From Gordius albopunctatus (lineage: Eukaryota), in contig OZ193909.1 in the NCBI GenBank assembly GCA_964276515.1, forward strand, positions 11,718,001-11,782,000: a stretch of 64,000 nucleotides of DNA, written 5' to 3'. Position 1 is the stretch's first letter. Each line of letters opens with the position of its first letter. Shown one piece after another: positions 51,154-64,000 of the stretch. The position numbers were made by a program, and so were the translations under genes. Under the pieces are notes generated by a model. That model ran no database searches. It was given only the letters and a program-made list of their open reading frames with translations, and was not told the DNA's origin.

Positions 51154-52000
51154 ATGACCTATCACCTACGGTCTATCACGTCCACCTCTGTCACTTCGGC
51201 ACCCCCTACCGTCACAACCTCCACTCCCCCCATAGAAAACCCCTTCGAGGAACCAAAGGAAGGTGATGACCAATCCTACCTCGACTCCACTGGGGCCTCC
51301 AACTTGGAGCAGCTGACCAATAACGACCCGGGCACGCCACTATCGTCCAATACAGTGGAATGGATCGCTAAGGAGCTAATTTCCATCAGAAGTGATGTGA
51401 TCGCGCTCCGACACGCAAAAGAACAAGAATCAAGAGCAAAAACGAAAGGAACTGGGCCCTCGTGGGCACCACCGTATATTCCACCGTTACTCAGACAACC
51501 CATCTTTAAACCCCCCCCCCCCCCCGCGGCAGAATTCCATCATGTCTACAAGCTTCAATCCCCACACAATGACCATAACGCCTGAAGAACTAAACATAAT
51601 CATAGCCCGGGAGGTCGAGAAACGTGTATCGGGCATAGAGAAAATCGGCCCGGATTAACTAAAACAGCGCCTTAAAGGGCTCAGAGAGGCAGACGAAAAG
51701 AATAAAGCGGTACCCATGTACCAAAAACATGAGATAGACTTCCTCTTCGAACTCGGAGACGTATGGAATGACATAGCCAAGGTTACAGAAGTATTCGCCG
51801 AACGAGTAAAAATCATCGCTATGACAACCTACTACGGTTGGCAGGTAGTCACGGGACGAACAAAGGATTGGGTGGTGAAGAATGGATTCGGACAAATGAG
51901 TGAACAGTTCAGTTCTTTTCGTCCAAACTATGAAAAACCTATGCCAAGGGAGGCGCCTTTCAACAGAAAGAAAGGGGTGCCTGAGGCTAGGAAGGACTGA
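51154..52000 (+). pseudogene. Intronless GC-richer orphan reading frame, possibly gag/ORF1 of a retroelement, disrupted
   Basis: ORFs 51154-51585 and 51716-52000, broken at a poly-C run and a stop; coiled-coil-like and Pro-rich segments. Confidence 0.35.
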
Positions 52001-53140
52001 GAGACAGTACTTCAGGGTGGCAGCGGAGACCCTCGGCAGCGGTGATAACCCGCCGAGTATCGACGGGGGACGGACAGCTCCAGTATGGCTAGATAATTAT
52101 ATTCGGATAGCCCGGAGCATCGCTATCAATTCCGTTTCCCTCGTTGATGGTCCGAACGAAGGGACCCCCCCCACTAGAACACCCTTCTACGTCGCTGCCG
52201 ACCCATTCAGATATGCCGGAATATCTAAATACCCCCCTACACGATATCGGACTCGATAGTGAGCCCATCCCCACCATCCTCGAACCTTCCAAGGTCCCCA
52301 ATTTCCCAGCATTCTGGGACATCAGCAATGGTAACAGGACCCCTTTCTGATCACCATTGGAACTTAATATCACATTGCTTAGATCTGACCATACACAGTC
52401 CCTATTCACATATAATGTCGCTAGACGAGGCTTCAAACCACGATTCAATAGGTGAACCCTAGCAAACAACAACTGACAATACCTTGTACCCAGGTACGTC
52501 AGGCCAATCCCCAGAACCCATCGAGACTTAGTCCTTCAAATCGTTAATGGATACCAAAATTTGCAATATTCTTTCAACAGGTCGAGTAGGTTGCTAATCT
52601 ATAAATATATTATCTCCAATTAGTTATATATAACATTAAACTCATATTCAAATAAAATTTGCAATCAGTAAATATATTTCATTGAACAAATTATAATGCA
52701 TTTTAAGGGTAGATTCGGTGTGATTTTATTTAAATTGTGCAAGAAATAAAAATGAAAATTTGAACTTTAGATAAAAATTATTGTTATCAAGGATATTTTA
52801 AAGTTCAAAATAATATTTTTCAATTTGGCAAACAAACTGTTGTTTTACCTTTAAACCTAACAATAATTTTAATATTTTTGATTTCCGAAAGATATTATAT
52901 TTATTTTAATTAATTTAAAAAAAACAACTCACATTCGCCAAAAGTCAAAGGAAATGTACTTTAAGAAAGGTGATGAACTTTCAAATATTTAGGAAATCTT
53001 ATAAACATATTATTCGTGATCTGGTCACACTATAAAAAGACAAGCTAATTAATCTAATCCATTCCATTCTAACATTTAATTCATTTAATTCATTTATAGT
53101 TATAGTATATTGCTTAAATACTAAAAAAATTATATTAAAA

Positions 53141-54408
53141 ATGAACCTTTTCATCGTCATTTTAAGCACCTTGTTCCTCTCACTTGTCTTATCAGGTATA
53201 GTTTAAATTTATATGTACGCAAATAAATTTAAAAACCTTTTAGCTCCCTCGACTGGTAACATTTCATACAAACACATCCGCGTAGCCAGGGGGGGGGGGG
53301 GGTGGGTGCAGGGCGCCCTCTAAATCCAATTTTTTTTTGAAATTTATTAAAATTATGGCTAAAATTTTTGCCTCTAAATCATTATTGCCCCTATCTAACT
53401 CCAATGCTGGCTACGCCCATAAACAAACATATCCCATAGTGTTTGTAAATGTATTTTTTTTAATTTTTATAGATCGTAAAGCTGCATCAGTTACCCAAGC
53501 TTGTAAGCTTATTTTCTAGACAATTAAATATAATTAAACTTTGTGACTTAGAAAATGCATCTAATTTTGTGACTAGTAAAAAATAATTATTTAGTTTTAA
53601 TAATACTAGTATGAGCAAATATATAATTTATCTTTTTGACCTCTAAAGGTATATTAATTATTAATTGCTATGAAATTTATGGTTTTAAAATAACTTTTGA
53701 TCAAATATGATATTTTTGAACTTTAATAAACAGTTGCATATGAAGGTAGTGATTTTAAATAATAATGAAAACATTTAATTTTAATTTTTGAACATCTATA
53801 CTATCTCGCTTAGTGTGTGACTAGAAAAATGGCATACTGATGAGCTCTAATAAGAGCGAAAACGTTATATGTCTGTTATCATTTTCGAGCCACATACTAA
53901 AAAAAGATAGGGATATACATAGTTCAAATTAGTCTCTAATTAAAATTGCCTATAGATGGCGCTAATTAGAGTATTCTTTTAATTTAATTGCGGGCACTCC
54001 TGAAAGGGGTTGTTATTATCTTCTAAATTATATCTATAGCAGACCTTAAACACGATGGATCAGCCAAGGAAGCACACCCTTTTGGTATTTTATTGCAAAG
54101 ATTATTAAATTTGATTAAAGTATTAAATTTTTTAGTCAATTCAACAATGCATAATTTATATATATTATTTTGGAAAAATCCCCCCTAAACAAATAGCTTG
54201 TTATGTATATTTCTATATATATTTAAGCATCTGCTCCAACCAATTTAGAAGCTAAATCACCTTATTGAATTACCATAAGAAATTCATAATGCAAAAATTA
54301 AATTTTATTATAGAAGTTCAACATTTTCCACCAAATGACGAACACAGAGAACCTTGGATGTATCTTGGCTATGCTATGCCAATTATACAAATTGTAAGAT
54401 GGTGGTAG
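53141..54408 (+). CDS. Candidate micro-exon gene for a small secreted peptide
   Basis: TATA at 53031; signal-peptide exon 53141-53195 (MNLFIVILSTLFLSLVLS); phase-1 exons 53244-53255, 53473-53502, 53552-53575 and 54040-54084; possible last exons at 54228 or 54314. Confidence 0.55.
53831..53873 (+). ncRNA. Minimal type I hammerhead ribozyme
   Basis: ggcata-CTGATGA-gctct(aata)agagc-GAAA-acgt-TA|tatgtc: helix I ggcata/tatgtc, perfect helix II, palindromic helix III aacgtt. Confidence 0.85.
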
Positions 54409-55698
54409 TGGGATACTAATCCAACATTTGAGACAAAGTCCTCATAATATTAAAATTACCTTTTCCCTCAACTTTCAATATTGTCGACACTTTACATTAT
54501 ATAAACTAAATCTTTTATAGCTAATTCATTCATTAATAATCTCTTACAATTTCCTACACACTTATACACACGCCTTGATTATATAAACCAATATCTTTCA
54601 TAATATGCTGATATACATTGGTCTCGCTTATAACTGATCAATAAATCAATTAAAAACGTTCAGTTTTATTATTCTCTGAATCGTACAAAGATTTAGAAAC
54701 ATAGAAATTTTTTGATAATTAAAATTAATATATGTATGCACATGCATTATAATAATTATTTTTAAAGTCAACAAAAAGCTAGGAAAAAATTGCGATTGAA
54801 AGCATAAACAAAGTTAATCATATGTGTGTAATAAAATTATGTCATATTTAACTCTAGGTATTTTTACTTATTATACAAATTTTATTAATTCAACATATAG
54901 GATGGTCTTCAAATATAAGCTACCGTGCGTTTTAAACAGACCCGCTGGTCCGCACCCGTTCTTAAATTACTATGCCAGCTCGAGTCCTTTCTTATTTATA
55001 CTATTGGCTCACACGATCGTTCTCATTTTAAAAACTCCTTAGTCCTTCCGAGCTCCTTCGTATTTTTATGACTGTTGTGATTTAAAGTATTTCGTAGGAC
55101 GTTTTAACTGCTTATATTGTGGGGCGTTTAGTAGGGGACGATTTTAGATTTATTAATCGTATTACAGCTGTATCCAACCGTTATTTTTAAATTTTTAATA
55201 ATTGTTGCACTTAAGACAATAGCCACCTTTCCGTGATATATTTGCTAATATGAATGAATATATTTTTAATGGGAACAAATTTTATATAATTCCTCAATAC
55301 TCAGGCCATGCTCAAATTGTAATGTCTGGAGGCAGTATTCTTAGTCATTCTCCAATTCTAAAATTCATGGGCGTAGTCAGCATTGGAATTAGAGGGGGGA
55401 CAATAATGATTTAAGGAGAGGCAAAATGATCATTTTTTGAAATTTTAGCCACAATTTTAATACGTTGTAACAAATTTTGGGATTCGAGCCCGTTGGAACG
55501 GCCGCTTCCTCCCCTGACCCCCCCCCCCATCCCCCTCCTTGGCTATACCCACGCAAGAATTTATAAAATTGATTCAAAAGTATCATACCGCAGATGAAAA
55601 ATAAATTAAGAAAGGCGTCCTGATGAATTGGTAATAGAATTTTTACCAAATATGACATGTCTTGCCATCGCAAAGGTTAAGAAATTTAATAGTGCAAC

Positions 55699-57799
55699 TA
55701 GAGCTGTTAAAAGTTCCTTTTAAAAAGGAACTAGTTCCAGTTCAGTTACTTTTTTAATTTTTTTTTAATGCACAAGCATATTTTATTAATTCATAGAACC
55801 AATATATTATATATTACAATTTATAAAAATCATCAGATAATAAATTTTTTTTTGATTTTAACAAAATATTATTTTCAAAGTTGTCATCTAAAAGACATGT
55901 TCGCTTGTCTCCAAATAAAATTTTGCCCAAGCTAAATAATCTTTCCACAGGGGCACTTGATGGTAATGGCGTATTATATTTAATAAATAGTTTTTTTAAA
56001 TGGGGAAAACTGTCTAAAAGACTTAAATTCCGGTTATTAGAAAGCAAAAAACGTTCAATTGATTCATTTTTTCCATCATTTTTTTTAATTCAAAAAATCC
56101 ATTTCTGATAAACTAGGTCCAGCCTGTTGAGATTTAGGAACAGACAAATTGATATCCTCTAAAATATTTGCATTCATGTTCACAGCGCATTCTTTGAGAA
56201 TCCAATTCCAATCTGTTTTAAAAGGAGGATGGAGAATAGCCGCCGACAGATTTTCTTTGCTAAAAAGATCCAAAAATCTATTAATTAGCTAGACTAAACA
56301 TTATAAATAATATTAAACATGTTATTAATGCCTTGAGTAATGGCATCTTTTAATGGCTTACACCATTTCAAGGAGCCCATAGATTCAATTTTCATCAATA
56401 TTTGAGTGATTGTCGGGTATAATATGCAAGATACATATAGTTTTACGCTTCCAAAAACTCAATTGCCTTTGCAATTGGTTCCATGACCTATAAAAACCAT
56501 TTTAAAATAAAGCTAATGTTTAAATTAAAATAAAATTTTACATCGCAATATTCTGCAATGAAAGCACATTCATCTGATGTGAACTTTTGAAGATTCAGCT
56601 TGTCACATACACTTTGTAACCCATCAAATTGTTCCTTTATAATAGAAGTTATGTGCCTCATAGAATTATATAAGGAATTCCATCTTGTAATTACAGGACA
56701 TATAAAATAACAACCAAGTTGTGTTTTAATCAACTCGGCAGCATGAGTTGATCTACCTTGCAAGTTCCACAACTGCTGGCATTTGTGCACTACCAATGAG
56801 CATATTTTTTTTATAATTTTCATTGGTATTTATGTATTTCGTCACATCAGTTGTAGAAATCAGATTCAACGTGTGACAAGCACACCTTCTATGTTTAGGA
56901 AGAAAGTCATAATCCGAGGGAGTATGATCAACCAGACCTTCATCATTTAAAATGTCATCTATTGATATATGCGCCACATCACTATTTTCTGATGAATTCT
57001 TATTAAAGGCAAATAACCTAAAGATGTTTGAGTTAGAATTGTAACTTATAATACCTAAATGCTTTAACAAAGTTGGTTGCATTATCGGTTATCGTGCATA
57101 TATTTTTATTCTGTATTTCATATTCTTTGAATATTGAAATCAGAGTCTTGTATAAAACATCAAAAGTATGTCCCCCCTCTAATCTTCTACAGGCCAAAAC
57201 GGCAGTAACTCTACTAAGAGTTTTGTCATCTATCCAATGAACTGTGACTCCTCTAAATGAGCTAATAATTATAGAGACTCTTTAAATCTAATTACAGGTT
57301 ATATGCAGTCCAACAATCAGCAGTTGTACAAACATGTGAAACTACAAGGAGTTTTTCTTTGATTAACTCTTTCATTTTCATTACATATATTTTCATTTTG
57401 ATTCTGGATGTTAATGTTTGTCTGCATAGGATTTTAATATTGGGTTTAAAAGTTGCTAGAAGTTTTAGAAAGTCCTCATTATCTACCAATGAAAATGGAT
57501 GATTTCCATTTATTACAAATTTAACGATAGCATCATTAATCATCTCTTTAGTAAGTGATGCTGATGAAGATTTAATAACTATTACCGTGAATAAAATACT
57601 AAATATTATTTAAATTATAAATTAATTTAAAAAAATTTAATGGAAATTGAAATTGGCAAAAGAACTTAAAAGGAACTTGTAATTAGTTCCTTTTGCGATA
57701 AATTGAGAAAAAAGGAACTAGTACCAGTTCCTCATTTTAAAAAGGAACTTATTAGTTCTTATATTTAAAAAAAGGGAACTAGTTCCTTTAACAGCTCTA
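55699..57799 (-). mobile_element. hAT transposon with a degenerate intron-containing transposase
   Basis: 8-bp TSD agtgcaac; TIR tagagctgttaaa; TTADCWT, CACHTLNL, TRWNS and PSSAPVERLFS. Confidence 0.95.
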
Positions 57800-57808
57800 A
57801 GTGCAACT

Positions 57809-59918
57809 TGTAGGGAAACAAATTACACTTACCTTGGAAAGATTTGGTTGTAATACGTACAAGGTGAAAATAGAAAGAATACACACACAGAATCAACTTT
57901 CATTTGAATGTTATCGTTATCTATCGCTATATAAACTCACTCTTTTATAAGTTTCATATCATTGTTCTTTTATCGTGTAATAAATTATATTCCTCCTCTC
58001 TCACTAAAAATGGTGACCCAGACCTTTTTTTCCCTCAACAATCTCAGAGATTAATTAGTTATAGCTCGCAAACAATTTTTTTTTCTAAATATTATTCATT
58101 AAAATGGAAAATAAACAAGAGATTGAAGCAACTATACAGCTGAAGATACCCACATTTTATCGCAGAAATGTCAAAATATGGTTGGCCCAGGCAGAGGCCG
58201 TATTCCAGGCAAGAAGAATTACCTCCGAAAAATCAAAATTTGGTTACATTCTTGAAACGTTACCACCCGAAATCGCTGAAGAGGTGGAGGATTTAATCAT
58301 TAATATTCCAACTGATCTACCATTTCAGAAACTTAAACAAGCACTTATCAAGAGGGTCGGCGAATCAGATGAATCAAGATTGATGGAATTTCTAAAGGCA
58401 GTGGATTTAGGGGATAGATCCCCATCGCAGCTTTTACGATACATGAAGAGTTTAGTGGGAACATACGTTCTTGACCAAAAGAGTCTAAAGGAACTCTGAC
58501 TCAACAAATTGCCTTGTGAACTCATTACCATATTAGTCTCGTTTACTGAAGATACTGCACTGGAGAAATTGGCTGAAACAGCCGATCGCATCGTGCTGTC
58601 AAAAAAACAACTAATTATGTTAATAACATTCATAACCCAAAAAAACACTCCACTGATGCATACCCTAAAGAACTAACAGAAGTTTTATCTGCTCTAAATA
58701 GGACATTAGAAAAGATAGGTCAACACCAGACCCCTTTTCACTCATCTGGGATTTCAAACAACAGACCATGGTGCTGGTATCATGACACCTGGGGATCAAA
58801 CGCTAGGAAGTGTGTCCAACCATGTTATTTTGGAAAGGGGTTAAAAAGGCAGGCCTACCAGTAAAGGCGATAGCTGGATCCGGCCATATCAACCATAATC
58901 GCCTTTTCTATTTTTTTGACAAAATATCAGGTTTACGTTATCTGATTGACACGGGAGTCCAAATTAGCGTAATTCCACCGACAACAAAAACGAAAGTAAC
59001 ATTAAATAAATTATGTTTAAAAGCAGCTAATTCGAGCAATATAAATACTTACGGGCAAACATCGTTAACATTAGATATAGGTTTAAAAAGAGAATTTAAC
59101 TGGATTTTTTTGATCGCAGACGTTTATTCAGCGATATTAGGTTCAGATTTTATATCACACTTTGGTTTAATAATTGATGTTAAAAATAAACGCATAATTA
59201 ATCCACAAAATTATTCTCTAAAATTATCGAATATAACCAATTCCTCAATGTCATCTATAAACAATCCAATTCCACAGGATAATGATTTTTACTCTATATT
59301 AAAACAATTTCCGGATATTACAAAGCCACCAGATTTTAATGACAAAGTGAAACATAATACCCAACACCATATAATTACGAAAGGACCAGCGATACATTGT
59401 TCTCCACGACGTTTAAACCCCGAAAAATTTAAAATAGCAAAAAATGAATTTGAAGAGATGAGTAGATTAGGCATAATAAAACCCTCACATAGTAAATGGT
59501 AATCCCCCTTACATATGGTACCAAAAAAAACCCCAGGGACATGGCGTCCATGTGGAGATTTTAGAATGCTTAATTACGCAGCAAAACCTGATAGATACCC
59601 CATTCCACATACATCTACATGATTTCGCTTTAAATCTAACAGGCAAATGCATTTTTTCAAAGTTGGATTTAGTAAAAGCTTACCATCCAATTCCGATGGC
59701 ACCAGAGGACATCCCTAAGACCTGAATTTGTAAGAATCCCGTTCGGAGTGCGGAACGCAGCGCAAAAATTTCAGCGCCTCATAGATGACATTTTTAATGG
59801 TTTGGATTTTGTGTATGCTTACATCGATGATATACTTATCGCCAGTTCCACAGAAAATGAACACAAATTACACCTCTCAACAGTCTTTAAACGATTACAA
59901 ACATACGGTATTCGCATA
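57809..59918 (+). mobile_element. 3'-truncated Gypsy LTR retrotransposon (5' LTR, PBS, gag, protease, partial RT)
   Basis: LTR about 57809-58008; PBS tggtgacccagac (tRNA-Trp-like); gag [40 protein letters not shown]. Confidence 0.92.
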
Positions 59919-60875
59919 AGTCGAGATCGAGACGAGAATTTTGATGTCGAGACGAGACGATACGAGATTTTCTCGGCGAGATCTCGACTTTTTTTTCGTT
60001 AGATTTTAGTAAATTATTGTGTATTTTGATTTGCATGATTTACATTTAAGATATTATTTTGACATTAAAAAAATTCCTGTAAATGCTATATTTTTTGCAA
60101 CATTTATCTAAGTATGGTTGACCCTTAGGGTACGTGAATAATTTTATAATATCTTTATCCCCGTTTTTATATGTGCATCTAGTTATCAATTCTGTAAATA
60201 ATAATATTATCAATTAACAGTCACTCGCACATTGTGGTTTATAACGCTATAGTAAACATGCGATAAACACTATGGGCTATAATTAATAATGGTACTAATG
60301 GACTTAAATGTTTGCCTCAAATATGTTAAAGTCTACTTTGAAGCTTTAGCCAGGGTTAATAAAGGGTCTCAATTTGCTAAATTGTGCCACAAAGTCAACT
60401 ATAACTTATTTATTATTATATAAGTCTATATAGTTGACAAGCACAGTGATTTGATACAAATGTTATAATTTGCTAGAACAATAAAATTGATTTTTATATA
60501 CTTCAAATTTATTTACAGTTTTTTAGTCTGCACTTTCCGTAGAAAATGTTATTTTTTTGGAATGAATTCATATCTTTATATTGACAATGATATGTCGTGT
60601 CGCGTTAAATCTTTAAAAAGTTTGTGTTTTAAAGTTTATAAAAAAATATAAATATTTGCCATTTTATTTTTAACACTTATTTAATATTTTTAATAAAACA
60701 GGAGAAATTTTTATTCCGTATATATTTTTTTTAAAAGTCGAGACGAGACGAGACGAGAATTCTCGTCAAGACGAGATCGCGATTTTTCTAGACCGAGAAG
60801 AGACGAGATTTTCATAATCGCTCCCGAGACGAGATGAGATTTTGTTTTCGAGACCGAGACGAGATCGAAACACTA
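59919..60875 (+). mobile_element. Non-autonomous hAT-like element (GAGACGAGA family)
   Basis: gagacgaga arrays at both ends; ...gaaacacta terminus; collinear with 1-7227 without the insertions. Confidence 0.75.
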
Positions 60876-60946
60876 ATCAAAACTACACAAGTGCCAGTAG
60901 CCTCTACATCTTTAATTTGATAATGAGTATTAATCCCAATGGATTT

Positions 60947-61102
60947 TGTTGAATCTGAATTATACTTTATTTAAACTAATCGAAAATACATGTTATAAGA
61001 ATACCAAGCGATAATTATAAAATACCAAACGATAATTATGTTTAGTGGTAGTGTTTGTAATGGATTTAATTTTATAAAATAACAATTCTTATATATACAA
61101 CA
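60947..61102. mobile_element. Short solo LTR, 156 bp
   Basis: TGTTG...CAACA; 5-bp TSD gattt; absent from the intact ADK exon. Confidence 0.85.
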
Positions 61103-61127
61103 GATTTCATTTTGGAGCCCATGATAT

Positions 61128-62294
61128 TTTCGAGAATGAGGTGATGTAGGATAATATAATAATTACTTTATTGTATAATATAAATTAAATCGTTGGAAGA
61201 AAAGTAAGTGCTATAAAAAGAGTTTTAAACTCCTTTTATATACTCGTGAATTAATTGAATAAATCAATAAGTTTAGTGGTGTCTCCGCGACGTATAAATA
61301 AATCAATTACGCGAGGTATAAACAATTAAATTTAGTGTTGAGCTGTTTGTGATTGGTCAATTAACGTGGCGAGGTAATGGACGCAACGCTACAAATAGTC
61401 CCCTTCTTAGAAGTGGAGCGTTACTTAAAATTGAAAATTTTTTTTTTGTTGATGTAAAGTATGTGTAAAGGCTGTTCGTACTACCAGCCAGTTTTGTTTC
61501 CGCCTACCGTGGTTGTTAGTGAGGTGACCGAGGTGTGAGTTGCGTGTATGTTGCTGTGGTGCTATTCAATATATTAATAAGATACATGCCGCGGGCAGAG
61601 GTATCTATATTGGAATTGCAATCGGTCATCAACTAAACCGGTAAGCGGAGATGAGAACGTTGGTAGTAGGTGTCATTGTTTTGCCAAACGTAGTCTTTGC
61701 TCGTTGCAAGAGGCCATGTGGTGTTGATGTTGAGATGGGTTTTGTGATTAGGGCCATGCGCAGCAGTGGACGGGCGTTCGGCAGACGTTGTTGTTGTCTA
61801 TGTAGAGGTGTAGTAGAACATCATGTTTTTCTTCGTAGAAACACACAGGTAGGTAGGCAACTTGTCACAGCAGTCAGTCACGTATTGCTAGAGGTCTTAA
61901 GAGGTTGAAGTTTTGTTGCAGCTCGATCGTGGATGCCGGATTGCCAAAGATAGTGCCTAATATTTAAGGGCGTATTCAGGGGGAGTTTTTAAAAAGAAAT
62001 ATATGGCTCCCCCAAACGGGGTCACCACTTTCGAAAATGAGGTGATGTAGAATAATGTAATAATTTCTTTATTGTATAATATAAATTAAATCGTTGGAAG
62101 AAAAGTAAGTGCTATAAAAAGAGTTTTAAACTCCTTTTATATACTCGTGAATTAATTGAATAAATCAATAAGTTTAGTGGTGTCTCCACGAGGTATAAAT
62201 AAATCAATTACGCGAGGTATAAACAATTAAATTTAGTGTTGAGGTGTTTGTGATTGGTCAATTAACGTGGCGAGGTAATGGACGCAACGCTACA
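61128..62294 (-). mobile_element. Non-autonomous (TRIM-like) LTR element
   Basis: Two near-identical 266-bp LTRs (61128-61393, 62029-62294); TSD atat; PBS tggtgaccccg; PPT aagaagggggac. Confidence 0.92.
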
Positions 62295-63099
62295 ATATCA
62301 CCAAACTTATCTCTTCCAATTAAAACCATAAAAGTAGTAACCATTGGACTTTCTAGGATCCATTAACCATATAGTAGATTTTGAAATATAATACCTGCAT
62401 AATCTTAAGTGAATTTTGTACTGAACCACCTGGTGCATATTCTGTATCGAGCTCACATATTTTCTTATTTTTCTTCTGCCAAAATTGCATTATCTTTTTC
62501 TAGGTGGTATCTAAAATTAAGATGGAAAATAGGATATAATATAAGACATAAAAATAATAATAAAAAAATATCAATTTGTGCAAATACAATAAAAATAAAT
62601 CTTTACTTCTTTAAAGGGTCATTATTAGTGTGCGATAAAATATCTAAAAGCGGATTACCCATTCCCAATATTATTCCTTTCCTTTACAGATATATGTACA
62701 CACTGCAAAAAATTACTTCAAAGTCATTTGATTTTCCTTTTGCTGCACCATGTTTCAATATTATATTGTGCTCATATCAATTAAATTTAAGGTGTCAAAA
62801 TCGAAAAAAACCTTGAAAACACATACGGTACACGTCAGAGTGACGTAGACAGCTCTACGCCCTTCATTGTCTGAACTGTAATTTCATTCGAATGAGGGTA
62901 TTAAAAGGCGTGTGATCTTTTCATATATCTGTTTGGCTTATTTTAATTCCAAGTGCTCTTTTATATAGTTTGGCTTCTTAAATACATATATTGGGTTTTA
63001 ACTCGTACCTATTCAATTCCAAATCTTCTTCTTGCTATGACTGTTTGTCACCTAGGCTGGTGGTCAGTCCTTTCAGCATTAGTTTCCATTTATCTCTGT

Positions 63100-64000
63100 A
63101 TTTACATAGATCTTTCTTTAACGTATAAATTTTCATATTTTGCGTAATTTTATGGATCCACATAAGCTTGGGTCTTCCTCTCTTTCATTATCCTGTGAAA
63201 TTTATACTCTAATTTTCTTTCCGATGTAGCTATCGTCCCTTCTCTCTACATGGCCATGCCACTTAAGTCTGTTTGTTAGGAGCTTTGTCTTAATGGATGT
63301 GGTACCCACTTTTATTTACTCCTAGCACACATCTTAGCATTCTCATCTACATAATCGCAAGGCGCTGCTCTTCCTTTTACATATAATGATTCGGAGCTAT
63401 ACAGGACTGTTGGCTTTATGATGGACCTATAAAGTGCACCTTTTAGTCTTCTTGGGATGCTTTTGTCACGCAGAACGCCTGTTAAGTCTCTCCATTTCAT
63501 CCGATTGAAGTGTTGATTTTAAATATTTGAAGGAATCCACTCTTGTAAGTTGTCAATCGCCTAAAGTAAGGCATGCACATTGCTGATTTCTATCTGATTT
63601 AAGCTGTGTCTTCATGCAATCTATTTTCTTTCGACATAGACCACATTTCTTCTATTGAATTTAACCATCTATTTACACTATTAGCCAATTCTTGTTCACT
63701 TTTGCCACAGAGGATCATATCGTCTGCGAAGATTATTGCCCAAGGAGCTTCCTCGCCCAAATCATTAGTAATAATATTCACTATCATTATGAATAGGAAG
63801 AAACAAAGAGCTGATCCTTAAAGGAATACAGTGTTAATGGCAAAACCTTTTGTAGTCCACACTGTTGTTCTAACGTATGTTCTATTTCCCTTGTACATAT
63901 CTTTTATTGCTCTGACGTATAATTCTGGCACATTGTTTTCTTTAAGACATTTCCACACTAAAGTACGAGGGACTTTATCAAACGTTTTCTCTACATCGAT
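63100..64000 (-). mobile_element. RTE LINE fragment running off the window end
   Basis: APWAIIFADDM and MKWRDLTGVL..LYRSIIKPTVLYS; homologous to 33459-34160; left boundary approximate. Confidence 0.85.

Larger units (their letters stand above)
60876..62751 (-). pseudogene. ADK: Partial adenosine kinase duplicate (exons 1-5), disrupted
   Basis: High similarity to 23808-24470 including introns; exon 5 split by two LTR insertions; deletion across the exon 3-4 junction. Confidence 0.92.

Noticed and set aside
61651..61908. 85-aa ORF inside the TRIM-like element
   Set aside because: Antisense to the element, with no recognisable motif
62409..62816. 135-aa plus-strand ORF
   Set aside because: Antisense shadow of the ADK pseudogene

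Overview
AT-rich eukaryotic (animal-like) genomic DNA with many very short introns (33-55 nt), densely packed with transposable elements. Host genes: a complete NDUFA6-like gene (+, 3 exons), a complete adenosine kinase gene (-, 11 exons) facing it tail to tail, a TE-disrupted partial ADK duplicate near 61-63 kb, and a candidate micro-exon gene for a secreted peptide (53.1-54.4 kb) with a hammerhead ribozyme in one intron. TEs: RTE and CRE-like non-LTR elements, a Penelope-like fragment, Gypsy and solo/non-autonomous LTR elements, hAT, MULE (FLYWCH), P-like (THAP), piggyBac-like, Helitrons and MITEs, often deeply nested. Most striking is a solo LTR (46294-46849) whose 3' end carries seven 36-bp units, each made of an 18-nt tRNA-Ser(GCU)-like primer-binding site and the last 16 nt of the LTR. 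Three FLYWCH/MULE genes have also each amplified their own exon+intron unit in tandem. All gene models and alignments were made by eye; no database searches were run.
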